A program made the translations under genes and the position numbers. This document shows, piece after piece, positions 34,397-43,451 of a stretch of 64,000 nucleotides of DNA. The DNA is taken from NCBI GenBank assembly GCA_016781135.1, contig JADDQY010000035.1, forward strand, positions 17,764-81,763, given 5' to 3'. The stretch's first letter is position 1; each line of letters starts with the position of its first letter. Origin of the DNA: Actinomycetota bacterium (GTDB lineage: Bacteria > Actinomycetota > Acidimicrobiia > Acidimicrobiales > CADCSY01). The notes below the pieces were generated by a model. The model was not told the DNA's origin and did no database searches. It saw nothing but the letters and a program-made list of their open reading frames with translations.

Positions 34397-37295
34397 GCAG
34401 ACCGAGCAGGCGACCAAAACCACGGTCACCGTGGTCCTCGACGGGCGGGAGATCGAGGCCAATCCCGGCGAGCTGGTGATCGCCGCCGCCGAGCGCAACG
34501 GCGTCTACATCCCCCGCTTCTGCTACCACCCTCGGATGCGCCCGGTGGGCATGTGCCGCATGTGCATCGTCGAGATCGACTCGGGTCGGGGGCCCGCCCT
34601 GCAGCCGTCGTGCATGCTGCCCGTCGCCGAGGGGATGAAGGTCGACACCCAGTCGGCCCTCACCAAGAAGGCCCAGGACGGGGTGCTCGAGTTCCTCCTC
34701 ATCAACCATCCCCTCGACTGCCCGGTGTGCGACAAGGGCGGGGAGTGCCCCCTCCAGGACCAGACGCTGGCCTTCGGTCCCGGGGAGACCCGCTTCGTCG
34801 AGGAGAAGCGCCACTTCGAGAAGCCCATCCCGATCAGCGAGCTGGTCTACCTCGACCGCGAGCGCTGCGTCCTGTGCGACCGCTGCACCCGCTTCGCCAA
34901 GGAGGTGGCCGGCGACCCGTTGATCTCCTTCATCGACCGAGGGAACCACACCCAGGTCAACACCTTCCCCGACGACCCCTTCTCCTCCTACTTCAGCGGC
35001 AACACCGTGCAGTTGTGCCCCGTGGGGGCGCTGCTGGCCCGGCCCTACCGCTTCCGGGCCCGGCCCTGGGACCTCGACCAGGTCGAGTCCACGTGCACCG
35101 CCTGTGCCTTTGGGTGCCGAGTGGCGCTGCAGTCGTCGGCCAACCGTCTGGTACGCAAGCTCGGCGTCGACGTCGACCCGGTCAACCAGGGATGGACGTG
35201 CGACAAGGGCCGTTTCGACTTCGAGGCGGTCAACAGCGACGACCGCCTGGGCACCCCGCTGGTGCGCTCCACCGCCGGGCCGGTCAACGGGAACGGGGGC
35301 AGCCCGGTCGACCTCGCGCCAACGTCGTGGTCCGAGGCGTGGGACCGCGTCATCGAGGGCATCGGGCGGGCCCGCCTGCGACCCGGTCCTGAGTCGATCG
35401 CCGTGCTCGGTGGGGCTCGCCTCACCAACGAGGACGCCTACGCCTGGTCGAAGCTCGCCCGCAGCGTGCTCGCCACCGACTCGGTCGATGCCCAGTTGGG
35501 CGACGGGCTGCCCGCCGAGGTCGTGGTCGGCCTGCCCCGGGCCTCGATCGACGCCGCCTGTGCCGCCGAGACCGTCCTTCTGCTGGCGCCCGATCTGAAG
35601 GAGGAGCTGCCAGTGCTCTACCTGCGCCTGCGCCAAGCGGTGGTGGACGGGGGCCTCAACCTCGTCGAGGTCAGCCCGGTGGCGACCGGGATGACCCCCT
35701 ACGCCACGGTGTCGGTGCGCTACCGGCCGGGCGAGGCCGCCGAGGTGGTGCGAGCGCTGGTCTCGGGTGACGGCGGTGTCGGCGCCGGCGGTCAGTCCGA
35801 TGCCATGCGCCGGGCGGGCGAGCTGCTGCGCAAGGGCTCGTTGGTGTGCGTGCTCGGCCGCCCGTCGCTGGCCGAGCGGGCCCAGCCGATCGCCGCCGCC
35901 GCCGCCGCCGTGCTCGACGCGTTGCCAGCCACGACGTTCCTGTCGGCGCTGCGTCGGGCCAACGTCCACGGTGCCCTCGACATGGGCTTGGCGCCGGGCA
36001 TCCTCCCGGGAAGGGTGTCGCTCGACGAGGGCCGACGCTGGTTCGCCGAGGCCTGGCCGGCGGTCCCCGCCAGCCGGGGCCTCGACGCCGAGGGCATTAT
36101 CGCCGCCGCCGCCGAGGGCCGGGTGGCGTGCCTGATCCTCCTCGGCGCCGACCCGCTGGCCGACTTCCCCGACCGCTCGCTCGCCCGGCGGGCCCTCGCC
36201 GGGGCCGGCTTCGTGATCGCCGTCGACTCCTTCCTCACCGCCTCGTCCCGCCGGGCCGACGTGGTACTGCCGGCTGCGACCTACGGCGAGAAGGGGGGCA
36301 CGACCACGAACATCGAGGGCCGGGTCAGCCGGCTCCACCAGAAGATCACCGCGCCGGGGACGGCCCGCCCCGACTGGATGATCGCCGCCGAGCTGGCCTG
36401 GCGGCTGGGAGGCGACCTCGGCTTCGGGTCGGAGGACGAGGTCTGGGACGAGATCGAGCGCCTGGCACCCTCGCACCACGGACTCACCCGAGCCCGCCTG
36501 GCCTCGGCCGAGGGGTTCGACGGGCTGCTCGCCGGCGGGGTGGCCGAGGTCGGCGATCACGACGCCCCTCCCACCATGTCCGGAGCCGATGCCCCTGGCA
36601 TCCAGGGCCCGCTGGGCCACACCAAGGACGACAGCCTGGCCACGACCGGGATGGGCCATGACGTCCACCCCGATCCCCAGGCAGGGGCGGAGCCGGCGGG
36701 GGCGCCGGCGGGGGTGGCCAGGGCCGAGGCGGCGGCTGGCGCCGGCGGATCGGGCTACGCCGATGGCGACACGCCGGGGGAGGTGGAGCGCGACGCTGAC
36801 GCCGTGGAGCGGTCGGTGGAGGCCGAGGGCAGTGGCCGCTCGGGTGCCTTCCGGCCCTCGGGGGGTGGCGGCGATCGGGGCTCCACCCCCCAGCGCCCGT
36901 CCCCGCTGCGCTGGTCGTTGGTCGAGCCGCCGCCCTCGCCCCCGCCGCTCGACCGCTACTCGCTGCGCCTGGTGTCGGCCCGAAAGCTCTACGACGACGG
37001 GACCCTGGTCCAGAACTCGCCCTCGCTGGTGCCGCTGGCCCCCGGGGCTCGCATCCGCGTCAACCCCGCCGACCTGTCGCCCCTCGGGGTGGTCGCGGGC
37101 AGCAAGCTCCAGGTGAGCAGCAGCCAGGGTCGGGTGGTGCTGGAGGCGGCGCCCGACCCCGCCGTGCCCCAGGGCAGCGCCGTGGTCGCCTTCAACCAGC
37201 CCGGACCAGGAGCCGCCGATCTCATCGACTCGACCCAGCCGGTCACCGAGGTGCGCATCGAGACGCTCAGCGGGGCGTCGGGACCTACGCCATGA
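34389..37295 (+). CDS. nuoG: NADH-quinone oxidoreductase subunit G (968 aa, with low-complexity insertion)
   Basis: N-terminal 2Fe-2S/4Fe-4S motifs CYHPRMRPVGMCRMC, HPLDCPVCDKGGECPLQ and CVLCDRCTRF. Molybdopterin-like body. A roughly 130-aa Ala/Gly/Glu/Pro-rich insertion at about 36550..36950. Confidence 0.9.
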   Translation: MAEQTEQATKTTVTVVLDGREIEANPGELVIAAAERNGVYIPRFCYHPRMRPVGMCRMCIVEIDSGRGPALQPSCMLPVAEGMKVDTQSALTKKAQDGVLEFLLINHPLDCPVCDKGGECPLQDQTLAFGPGETRFVEEKRHFEKPIPISELVYLDRERCVLCDRCTRFAKEVAGDPLISFIDRGNHTQVNTFPDDPFSSYFSGNTVQLCPVGALLARPYRFRARPWDLDQVESTCTACAFGCRVALQSSANRLVRKLGVDVDPVNQGWTCDKGRFDFEAVNSDDRLGTPLVRSTAGPVNGNGGSPVDLAPTSWSEAWDRVIEGIGRARLRPGPESIAVLGGARLTNEDAYAWSKLARSVLATDSVDAQLGDGLPAEVVVGLPRASIDAACAAETVLLLAPDLKEELPVLYLRLRQAVVDGGLNLVEVSPVATGMTPYATVSVRYRPGEAAEVVRALVSGDGGVGAGGQSDAMRRAGELLRKGSLVCVLGRPSLAERAQPIAAAAAAVLDALPATTFLSALRRANVHGALDMGLAPGILPGRVSLDEGRRWFAEAWPAVPASRGLDAEGIIAAAAEGRVACLILLGADPLADFPDRSLARRALAGAGFVIAVDSFLTASSRRADVVLPAATYGEKGGTTTNIEGRVSRLHQKITAPGTARPDWMIAAELAWRLGGDLGFGSEDEVWDEIERLAPSHHGLTRARLASAEGFDGLLAGGVAEVGDHDAPPTMSGADAPGIQGPLGHTKDDSLATTGMGHDVHPDPQAGAEPAGAPAGVARAEAAAGAGGSGYADGDTPGEVERDADAVERSVEAEGSGRSGAFRPSGGGGDRGSTPQRPSPLRWSLVEPPPSPPPLDRYSLRLVSARKLYDDGTLVQNSPSLVPLAPGARIRVNPADLSPLGVVAGSKLQVSSSQGRVVLEAAPDPAVPQGSAVVAFNQPGPGAADLIDSTQPVTEVRIETLSGASGPTP

Positions 37296-38494
37296 GCGGC
37301 GACCCGCTGTTCGCCGGGGGCGTCGACTGGGTCGTCGTGGCCTTCGTAGTGGTCAAGGCGCTGATCGGGTTCACGATCGTCATGGTCGGCGTCATCTTCA
37401 TGATCTGGTTCGAGCGCAAGGTCATCGCCGACATGCAGAACCGGATCGGTCCCAACCGGGCCGGTCGTTGGGGCCTGGCCCAGACCCTGGCCGACGGCAT
37501 CAAGCTGATCTTCAAGGAGGACCTGTGGCCTGACAAGGCCGACAAGCCGGTGTTCCGCCTCGCCCCCTACCTCTCGGTGGCTCCGGCGTTCCTCACCTTC
37601 ACCATCGTGCCCATCGGCGGGGTGTTCAGCGGCGGCAACGACGGAGCCGTCGAGCTGTTCGGCCGGCGCACCTGGCTCCAGGTGGCCGACCCCCCGGTGG
37701 GGGTGCTGTTCCTGCTGGCCATGTCTTCGATCGCCGTCTACGGCATCATGCTGGCCGGTTGGTCATCGGGCTCGAAGTACCCGCTGCTCGGTTCGGTACG
37801 GGCGTCGGCTCAAATGGTGAGCTACGAGGCCGCGCTCGGGCTGTCGGTGGTGGCGGTGGTGCTCCTCAGCGGCTCGCTGTCGACCCATGACATCGTCGCC
37901 GCCCAGGCGGGAAGCATCCTCGACTGGAACGTCATCGCCACCGCTGGCGTGCCCTTCGCCATCTTCTGCGTGGCCGCCACGGCCGAGCTCAACCGCCCCC
38001 CGTTCGACCTGGTGGAGGCCGAGCAGGAGCTGGTGGGCGGGTTCCACACCGAGTACTCCTCGATCCGCTTCGGCATGTTCTACCTGGCCGAGTTCATGAA
38101 CACCATCACCATGTCGGCCATCATCGTGACGCTGTTCCTCGGGGGACCGGCCGGGCCGGTGTTGTTCGGGCCGCCCCTCATCTGGGGGATCCTCTGGTTC
38201 ACGCTCAAGGTGCTGGTGTTCCTGTTCACCTTCGTGTGGCTGCGGGCCACGCTGCCCCGCTACCGCTACGACCAGCTCATGGACCTCGGGTGGAAGCGCC
38301 TGATCCCCCTGGCGCTGGGATGGCTGCTGGTGATCGGCGCTCAGCGCATCGGCCTCGACCGGGGCTGGGACCGCTTCGTCACCGGTGCCGCCAGCCTGGT
38401 CGTGCTCACGCTGGCGGCCGTGGCGCTGTTCGGGGCGATCAGGGTGGCCGAGCGCCGTCGCCAGAGCGACCAGTTCGGCGAGGTCGTGGCGTGA
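37292..38494 (+). CDS. nuoH: NADH-quinone oxidoreductase subunit H
   Basis: 400 aa. ERKVIADMQNRIGPNR, GWSSGSKYPLLG, RPPFDLVEAEQELVGG, and YRYDQLM. ATGA overlap with nuoG. Confidence 0.93.
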   Translation: MSGDPLFAGGVDWVVVAFVVVKALIGFTIVMVGVIFMIWFERKVIADMQNRIGPNRAGRWGLAQTLADGIKLIFKEDLWPDKADKPVFRLAPYLSVAPAFLTFTIVPIGGVFSGGNDGAVELFGRRTWLQVADPPVGVLFLLAMSSIAVYGIMLAGWSSGSKYPLLGSVRASAQMVSYEAALGLSVVAVVLLSGSLSTHDIVAAQAGSILDWNVIATAGVPFAIFCVAATAELNRPPFDLVEAEQELVGGFHTEYSSIRFGMFYLAEFMNTITMSAIIVTLFLGGPAGPVLFGPPLIWGILWFTLKVLVFLFTFVWLRATLPRYRYDQLMDLGWKRLIPLALGWLLVIGAQRIGLDRGWDRFVTGAASLVVLTLAAVALFGAIRVAERRRQSDQFGEVVA

Positions 38495-38739
38495 TGCTTC
38501 GTCCTCGTGCGCTCGCTTGGCGGTTTCGGCCTCGCTCGCGCGCGGCGCTCGCTCCGTTCGGCCGGCCCGTCGGCGCTGCGGTGGACGGGCGAAGCCTGTT
38601 GACCTGCGCCGTGGCCACGCCTGGCGGCCTCCGCCCGCTGGGGCACCAGCCACATCCAGGTTGCCTGCAGCGGCGGTCGTGGCCGGTGGCCGTGCCCCCT
38701 CGCGGCCGGTGGGTCGATGCCGGGAAGGGGCAGGCCTGA
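38494..38739 (+). CDS. candidate relay small ORF (81 codons) bridging nuoH and nuoI
   Basis: ATG 38494 overlaps the nuoH TGA (38492..38494). The frame is open to TGA 38737..38739, which overlaps the nuoI ATG (38739). The product is Arg/Pro-rich and hand-counted GC3 is about 79%. Coding status is unproven. Confidence 0.3.
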   Translation: MLRPRALAWRFRPRSRAALAPFGRPVGAAVDGRSLLTCAVATPGGLRPLGHQPHPGCLQRRSWPVAVPPRGRWVDAGKGQA

Positions 38740-39443
38740 TGGGCTACTTCGACGGGTTCCTCGTCACGCTCAAGCAGATCTTCTCCGACCGGGTCACGTC
38801 GGAGTACCCGAAGGAGAAGCGGCCCAAGCCGCTGCGCCACCACGGTCGCCACGTCCTCAACCGCTACGAGGACGGCATGGAGAAGTGCATCGGCTGCGAG
38901 CTGTGCGCCGGCGTGTGCCCGGCTCGGTGCATCTACGTACGCGGCGCCGACAACCCCCCCGAGGCGCCGGTCTCCCCCGGGGAGCGTTGGGGGTTCGTCT
39001 ACGAGATCAACTACCTGCGCTGCATCCACTGCGACCTGTGCGTCGAGGCGTGCCCCACCGAGGCCATCACCGAGTCGAAGCTGTTCGAGTTCTCCTTCAC
39101 CAACCGTGAGGACGCGATCTACACCCGCTCCGAGCTCCTGGTCGGGGACGACGGCAAGCCCAAGAAGCTCCCGTGGGAGGACTGGCGTGGCGGCGACGAC
39201 GACCACACCTCGGCGTGGATGCGGGCCACCTCACCAAACGGGCAGGCCGCCTACGAGGGAAGGGTGCAGTGGTCGGGCGAGCTCGGCTACGGCGTGCGGG
39301 CGCCCGAGGCGGGCCAGTCCGGCGACCCGGAGCTGGCCCCGCCAACCGACGTGGAGGCCACCGCGAAGGGACCGCTCTACGCCGGCTCCGACACGGCTCC
39401 GGGTGAGCGCGCGAGCGACCACCGCCACGTCGAGGCCAGCTGA
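38739..39443 (+). CDS. nuoI: NADH-quinone oxidoreductase subunit I (with ~90-aa C-terminal extension)
   Basis: 234 aa from ATG 38739. CIGCELCAGVCP and CIHCDLCVEACP. SD GGGAAGGGG upstream. The 5' part of the track ORF is discounted. Confidence 0.9.
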   Translation: MGYFDGFLVTLKQIFSDRVTSEYPKEKRPKPLRHHGRHVLNRYEDGMEKCIGCELCAGVCPARCIYVRGADNPPEAPVSPGERWGFVYEINYLRCIHCDLCVEACPTEAITESKLFEFSFTNREDAIYTRSELLVGDDGKPKKLPWEDWRGGDDDHTSAWMRATSPNGQAAYEGRVQWSGELGYGVRAPEAGQSGDPELAPPTDVEATAKGPLYAGSDTAPGERASDHRHVEAS

Positions 39444-40018
39444 TGGTCGACACGATCGTCTTCGCCGTCGCCGCCGTGGTGATCCTCGCCGGAGCCGTCG
39501 GCGTGGTGCTCTCGCGCAACCCGGTGCACTCGGCGCTGATGCTGGTCATGACCCTGTTCGGGATGGCGGTGCTGTTCGTCGCCCAGGACGCGCACTTCCT
39601 GGCCGCGGTGCAGGTCATCGTCTACGCCGGGGCGATCGTCGTGCTGTTCTTGTTCGTGATCATGCTGCTCGGCGTCGACACCGCCGAGAACCTGTCCACC
39701 GAGCCCCTCGCCGGGCAGCGCCCCGCTGCCGGGCTGGTGGCCCTGGCCAGCGTGGGCCTGCTGGCCGTGCTGGCGGTTCGGGCGGTGCAGGTGAGCACCG
39801 GGTCCCGCTCGGTCAGCGCCCCCCTCGAGGGCGAGCCCTCCAACATCGCCACCCTCGCCGAGGTGCTGTTCACCGACTACGTGTTCGCCTTCGAGGTCAC
39901 CTCGGTGCTGCTGGTGATCGCCGTGGTCGGTGCCGTGGTGATGGCTCGCAGGCCCCGCCCCGACCCCGAAGGCGACGAGCTCGGCGTGGAGCGCCACGCC
40001 GAGGCCGAGCTGGCGTGA
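39443..40018 (+). CDS. nuoJ: NADH-quinone oxidoreductase subunit J
   Basis: 191 aa. [12 protein letters not shown] and [25 protein letters not shown] overlap with nuoI. Confidence 0.9.
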   Translation: MVDTIVFAVAAVVILAGAVGVVLSRNPVHSALMLVMTLFGMAVLFVAQDAHFLAAVQVIVYAGAIVVLFLFVIMLLGVDTAENLSTEPLAGQRPAAGLVALASVGLLAVLAVRAVQVSTGSRSVSAPLEGEPSNIATLAEVLFTDYVFAFEVTSVLLVIAVVGAVVMARRPRPDPEGDELGVERHAEAELA

Positions 40019-40025
40019 GGCGACG

Positions 40026-40331
40026 GTGACCGTCGACGAGACCTGGTACTTGGTGCTCTCGGCGCTGCTGTTCACGATCGGCGCCGCCGGGCTGCTGGTG
40101 CGGCGCAACCCCCTCGTGATGTTCATGTGCGTCGAGCTGATGCTCAACGCCGTGAACCTGACCTTCGTCACGTTCTCCAACGTGTTGAACGACGTCTCCG
40201 GCCAGGTGGTGGTCTTCTTCGTGCTCGTGGTGGCGGCTGCCGAGGTCGTCGTCGGCCTGGGCATCATCGTGGCCATCCTGCGCCGGCGCCCCGACGCCAC
40301 CGCCGACGACGTCTCGATGCTCCGAGGCTGA
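40026..40331 (+). CDS. nuoK: NADH-quinone oxidoreductase subunit K
   Basis: 101 aa. [31 protein letters not shown]. Confidence 0.9.
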   Translation: MTVDETWYLVLSALLFTIGAAGLLVRRNPLVMFMCVELMLNAVNLTFVTFSNVLNDVSGQVVVFFVLVVAAAEVVVGLGIIVAILRRRPDATADDVSMLRG

Positions 40332-40520
40332 GCGTTCGGCGCGGCCTGGACCTGCCATGCGGCTCAACCTGCGGCTGTCCCGCCTTGCCCAGGGAGTTCT
40401 TCGACATGTTCACCGACGCCCCCGATCGACCCGACCTGCGGCTCGGGCGATTCCCGGCACGCCCGGATATGCCGAGTTCACCGCGCCGGGCAGTGAGCCG
40501 AAGCCGGTGATGGGTGACTG

Positions 40521-41284
40521 ATGAGCGTCGTTCCTCCGGCCCCTGATCCACCCACCGAGGGGTGGTGGCTCGACCCCGACAACCCCCGCCTCATCCGCTA
40601 CCACGACGGGCAGCGCTGGACCGACCACGTGGGCCGCTCCAGCTCACCCCGCCCCGGCCTGCCCGCCCACCAGGCGTTCTTCCCGCTCGGCGCCGGTCCC
40701 GAGGGCATCCCCACCGGCTCGCCCTTGGCGCCCGGCAGCGGTCGCTACCTGTCGAAGTACGCGGTGGGGCCTCGGTTGCCTGATCATCGTCGGGCTGCTG
40801 GTGGGCGCCTACGGCATCGGCGCGTACCAGGCGGGCGCTCTCAGCTTGGCCGCGGCGGCGCCGATGATCGTCGTCGGTGGGCTGTTGTTCTTCGGCCCCA
40901 TGGTCGTCGCCTTCGTCTCTGCCTGGCGAGCCGGTATCCGCCCTCCCGGGTTCTCACGCAACGCCAGCTTCTTCGAGATCCAGATCGGGGTCATGATCTT
41001 CGGGTCCCTGATGAGCGCCGTGCTGTGGGAAGTGTCCGAGGCCCTGAGATCGGGCAGCGGTCCGGCACTGGCGGTGAGAGGGGTGTCGATCCTCGTCGGT
41101 TCCATCGCCGTCGGGATCTACGCCATTCCCACGGTCTGGTCGGCGGTTCGCAACCCCGCACCACCTGCGGGGATGGGACCGCTGGCTGTGGGCAGTCGGT
41201 GCCCTGGCAATGTCGCTGTTGTTCATCCTGTGGGTGACGGGCGCGCTTCCCCAGGGGCGACAAGTACGACTGGTGCCACGCTGA
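40521..41284 (+). pseudogene. DUF2510-domain membrane protein gene, apparently disrupted by two +1 frame changes
   Basis: In frame 0 from ATG 40521, GWWLDPDNPRLIRYHDGQRWTDHV is a DUF2510-type motif. GC3 collapses after about 40770, where frame +1 takes over (LGCLIIVGLLVGAYGIG..., 4 TM-like helices). After about 41160 a further +1 frame carries WDRWLWAVGALAMSLLFILWVTGALPQG and ends at TGA 41282..41284. Confidence 0.5.
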
Positions 41285-41484
41285 TGGCCCAGGTGGTGCT
41301 GTGGGCCCTGCCCGGCGAATGGGAGCAGGTGGAGCTGTTCGCCCCGGACCTCGACGACCGGATCGCCACCCGAGTCCGGTCCAACGCCGCCGACTCAGGG
41401 TCAGACCAGGCAACGCCTCCTCCATCCTCCCCTGAGCGCCCGGTGCCGGCAGCGGCCCTCCACCGGCGAGCGGCGCTGCGGTAG
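41284..41484 (+). CDS. small hypothetical ORF (66 aa) preceding nuoL
   Basis: ATG 41284 overlaps TGA 41282..41284. Product MAQVVLWALPGEWEQVELFAPDLDDRIATRV.... Hand-counted GC3 about 83%. Ends 12 nt before nuoL. Confidence 0.3.
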   Translation: MAQVVLWALPGEWEQVELFAPDLDDRIATRVRSNAADSGSDQATPPPSSPERPVPAAALHRRAALR

Positions 41485-41496
41485 GGTCGGCCCGAG

Positions 41497-43449
41497 ATGC
41501 TGAGCGCCGTGTGGCTGATCCCCGCGTTGCCCCTCGCCGGGTTCCTCATCTTGTTGTTCTGGGGGCGCAAGCTGGGCGAGCCGGGGGCCGGCTGGCTGGC
41601 CACGAGCATGGTGGCCGGCTCGTTCCTCGCCGGCCTGGTCACCTTCGCCGGTCTGCTCGGCCAGGACGAGCACCACCGCCAGTTCGTGTTCACCCTGTTC
41701 GAGTGGTTGCCGTCGGGTGGCCTGTCGGTCGACATGGGCCTGCTGGTCGACCCCCTGTCGATCACCATGGTGCTGTTCGTCACCGGCGTGGGGTCGCTCA
41801 TCCACCTCTACTCCATCGGCTACATGCACGGCGATCCCCGGTTCCACACCTTCTTCCTCTACCTGAACCTGTTCGCCTTCTCGATGCTGATGCTGGTGCT
41901 GGGCGACAACCTGCTGGTCACCTTCCTCGGCTGGGAGGGGGTGGGGGCCTGTTCGTACTTCCTGGTGTCGTTCTGGTTCGAGCGGCGCTCGGCGGCGGTG
42001 GCCGGCAAGAAGGCGTTCGTCACCAACCGGGTGGGCGACTTGGGCTTCATGGTCGCCATGTTCCTCACCTTCGCCTCCCTCGGGACCCTCAGCTACGCCG
42101 GGGAAGGGGGCGTGCTCGAGAACGTCGCCAGCCTCTCCGGGACCACGGCCCTGGCCATCGCCCTACTGCTGTTCGTGGGGGCAGCGGGCAAGTCCGCTCA
42201 GCTCCCGCTCTACGTCTGGCTGCCCGACGCCATGGAAGGTCCGACCCCGGTGTCGGCCCTCATCCACGCCGCCACCATGGTCACCGCCGGCGTCTACCTG
42301 ATGGTCCGGATGAACCCGTTGCTCGACGTGGCCCACGGGGCCCTCACCGTCATCGCCGTGGTCGGCGCCGCCACCGCCCTGTTCGCCGCCACGTGCGCCG
42401 TGGCCCAGCGCGACATCAAGAGGGTGCTCGCGTACTCGACCGTCTCCCAGCTCGGCTACATGTTCCTCGCCGTGGGGGTCGGCGCCTACGTGGCCGCCAT
42501 CTTCCACATGATCACCCACGCCTTCTTCAAGGCCCTGCTGTTCCTCGGCGCCGGCTCGGTCATCCACGGGATGCACGACGAGCAGGACATGCGGCGCATG
42601 GGCGCGCTGCGCAAGCTCATGCCGGTGACGGCGGCCACGTTCATCGTCGGGTGGCTCGCCATCGCCGGCGTGCCCCCGTTCTCGGGCTTCTGGTCGAAGG
42701 ACGAGATCCTGGCGGCGGCGTGGGACTCGAGCCCGGTGCTGTGGGCCGTGGGCGTGGTCACCGCCCTGCTGACCGCCTACTACATGAGCCGCCAGGTCTT
42801 CCTCGTGTTCTACGGCGAGGCCCGGTGGAGCGAGGCGGCGCGCGGGAGGTCGGCCGAGGGTGCTCTGACCACGCCCGACCACGAGCCCGCTGCTGCCGGC
42901 CACGCGCCGAGCACTCCCCACGAGTCCCCGGGGCTGATGACCGGGCCCTTGGTGGTGCTGGCCGTGCTGGCGGCCGTTGGCGGCGTCCTCAACCTCCCGG
43001 GCGTGTTCACCCTCGAGCACTTCCTCGAGCCGGTGTTCGAAGATCGGCTGCACGAGCTGTCGATCGGGACCGGGATTCAACTGACGCTCGCCGCCGTCAC
43101 CGCAGTCGGCGCCGCCATGGGGATCCTCGTGGCCCGCGCCATCTACCTGCGCGGTGCCGCCCCCGCCGAGCGCTTCGAGCCCGAGCTGCTGCGGCGGGCC
43201 TGGCGTTACGACGAGGCCCTGGCGGGGTTCTTCGGCGGCCCCGCCCGTGCCTTCGCCAACTTCACCTCCCGGGTGCTCGACGGCCGGGCGATCGACGGCG
43301 CGGTCAACGGCGTGGCCGGCCTGGTGCGAGCGAGTGGGAGCCGGCTGCGGGTTGTCCAGACCGGGTACGTGCGGAACTACGCCCTGGGCCTCGCCGCCGG
43401 AGCGGTGGCGCTCCTCGGGTTCTTCCTGTTGCGAACGGGTCTGGTCTAG
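41497..43449 (+). CDS. nuoL: NADH-quinone oxidoreductase subunit L
   Basis: 650 aa. GWEGVGACSYFLVSFW, GKSAQLPLYVWLPDAMEGPTPVSALIHAATMV and VLAYSTVSQLGYM. Confidence 0.93.
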   Translation: MLSAVWLIPALPLAGFLILLFWGRKLGEPGAGWLATSMVAGSFLAGLVTFAGLLGQDEHHRQFVFTLFEWLPSGGLSVDMGLLVDPLSITMVLFVTGVGSLIHLYSIGYMHGDPRFHTFFLYLNLFAFSMLMLVLGDNLLVTFLGWEGVGACSYFLVSFWFERRSAAVAGKKAFVTNRVGDLGFMVAMFLTFASLGTLSYAGEGGVLENVASLSGTTALAIALLLFVGAAGKSAQLPLYVWLPDAMEGPTPVSALIHAATMVTAGVYLMVRMNPLLDVAHGALTVIAVVGAATALFAATCAVAQRDIKRVLAYSTVSQLGYMFLAVGVGAYVAAIFHMITHAFFKALLFLGAGSVIHGMHDEQDMRRMGALRKLMPVTAATFIVGWLAIAGVPPFSGFWSKDEILAAAWDSSPVLWAVGVVTALLTAYYMSRQVFLVFYGEARWSEAARGRSAEGALTTPDHEPAAAGHAPSTPHESPGLMTGPLVVLAVLAAVGGVLNLPGVFTLEHFLEPVFEDRLHELSIGTGIQLTLAAVTAVGAAMGILVARAIYLRGAAPAERFEPELLRRAWRYDEALAGFFGGPARAFANFTSRVLDGRAIDGAVNGVAGLVRASGSRLRVVQTGYVRNYALGLAAGAVALLGFFLLRTGLV

Positions 43450-43451
43450 GG

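Noticed and set aside
38492-38740. Possible shared mobile or MITE-like element in the nuoH-nuoI and nuoJ2-nuoK2 spacers, based on similar 5' GTGATG and 3' GCCGG..GGAAGG..CCTGATG ends
   Set aside because: The similar ends are explained by stop/start overlaps plus the downstream SD sequence. The interiors do not align convincingly by eye, and I saw no terminal inverted repeats. A repeat search of the whole genome would be needed to revive this idea.
40357-40521. 55-codon ORF (MRLNLRLSRLAQG...) ending in a TGATG overlap with the DUF2510 gene start
   Set aside because: Hand-counted GC3 is about 69%, lower than the alternative 34-codon frame (about 78%). The product is Arg-rich. It is mentioned only as part of the overlap cascade in the nuoK-nuoL insert.
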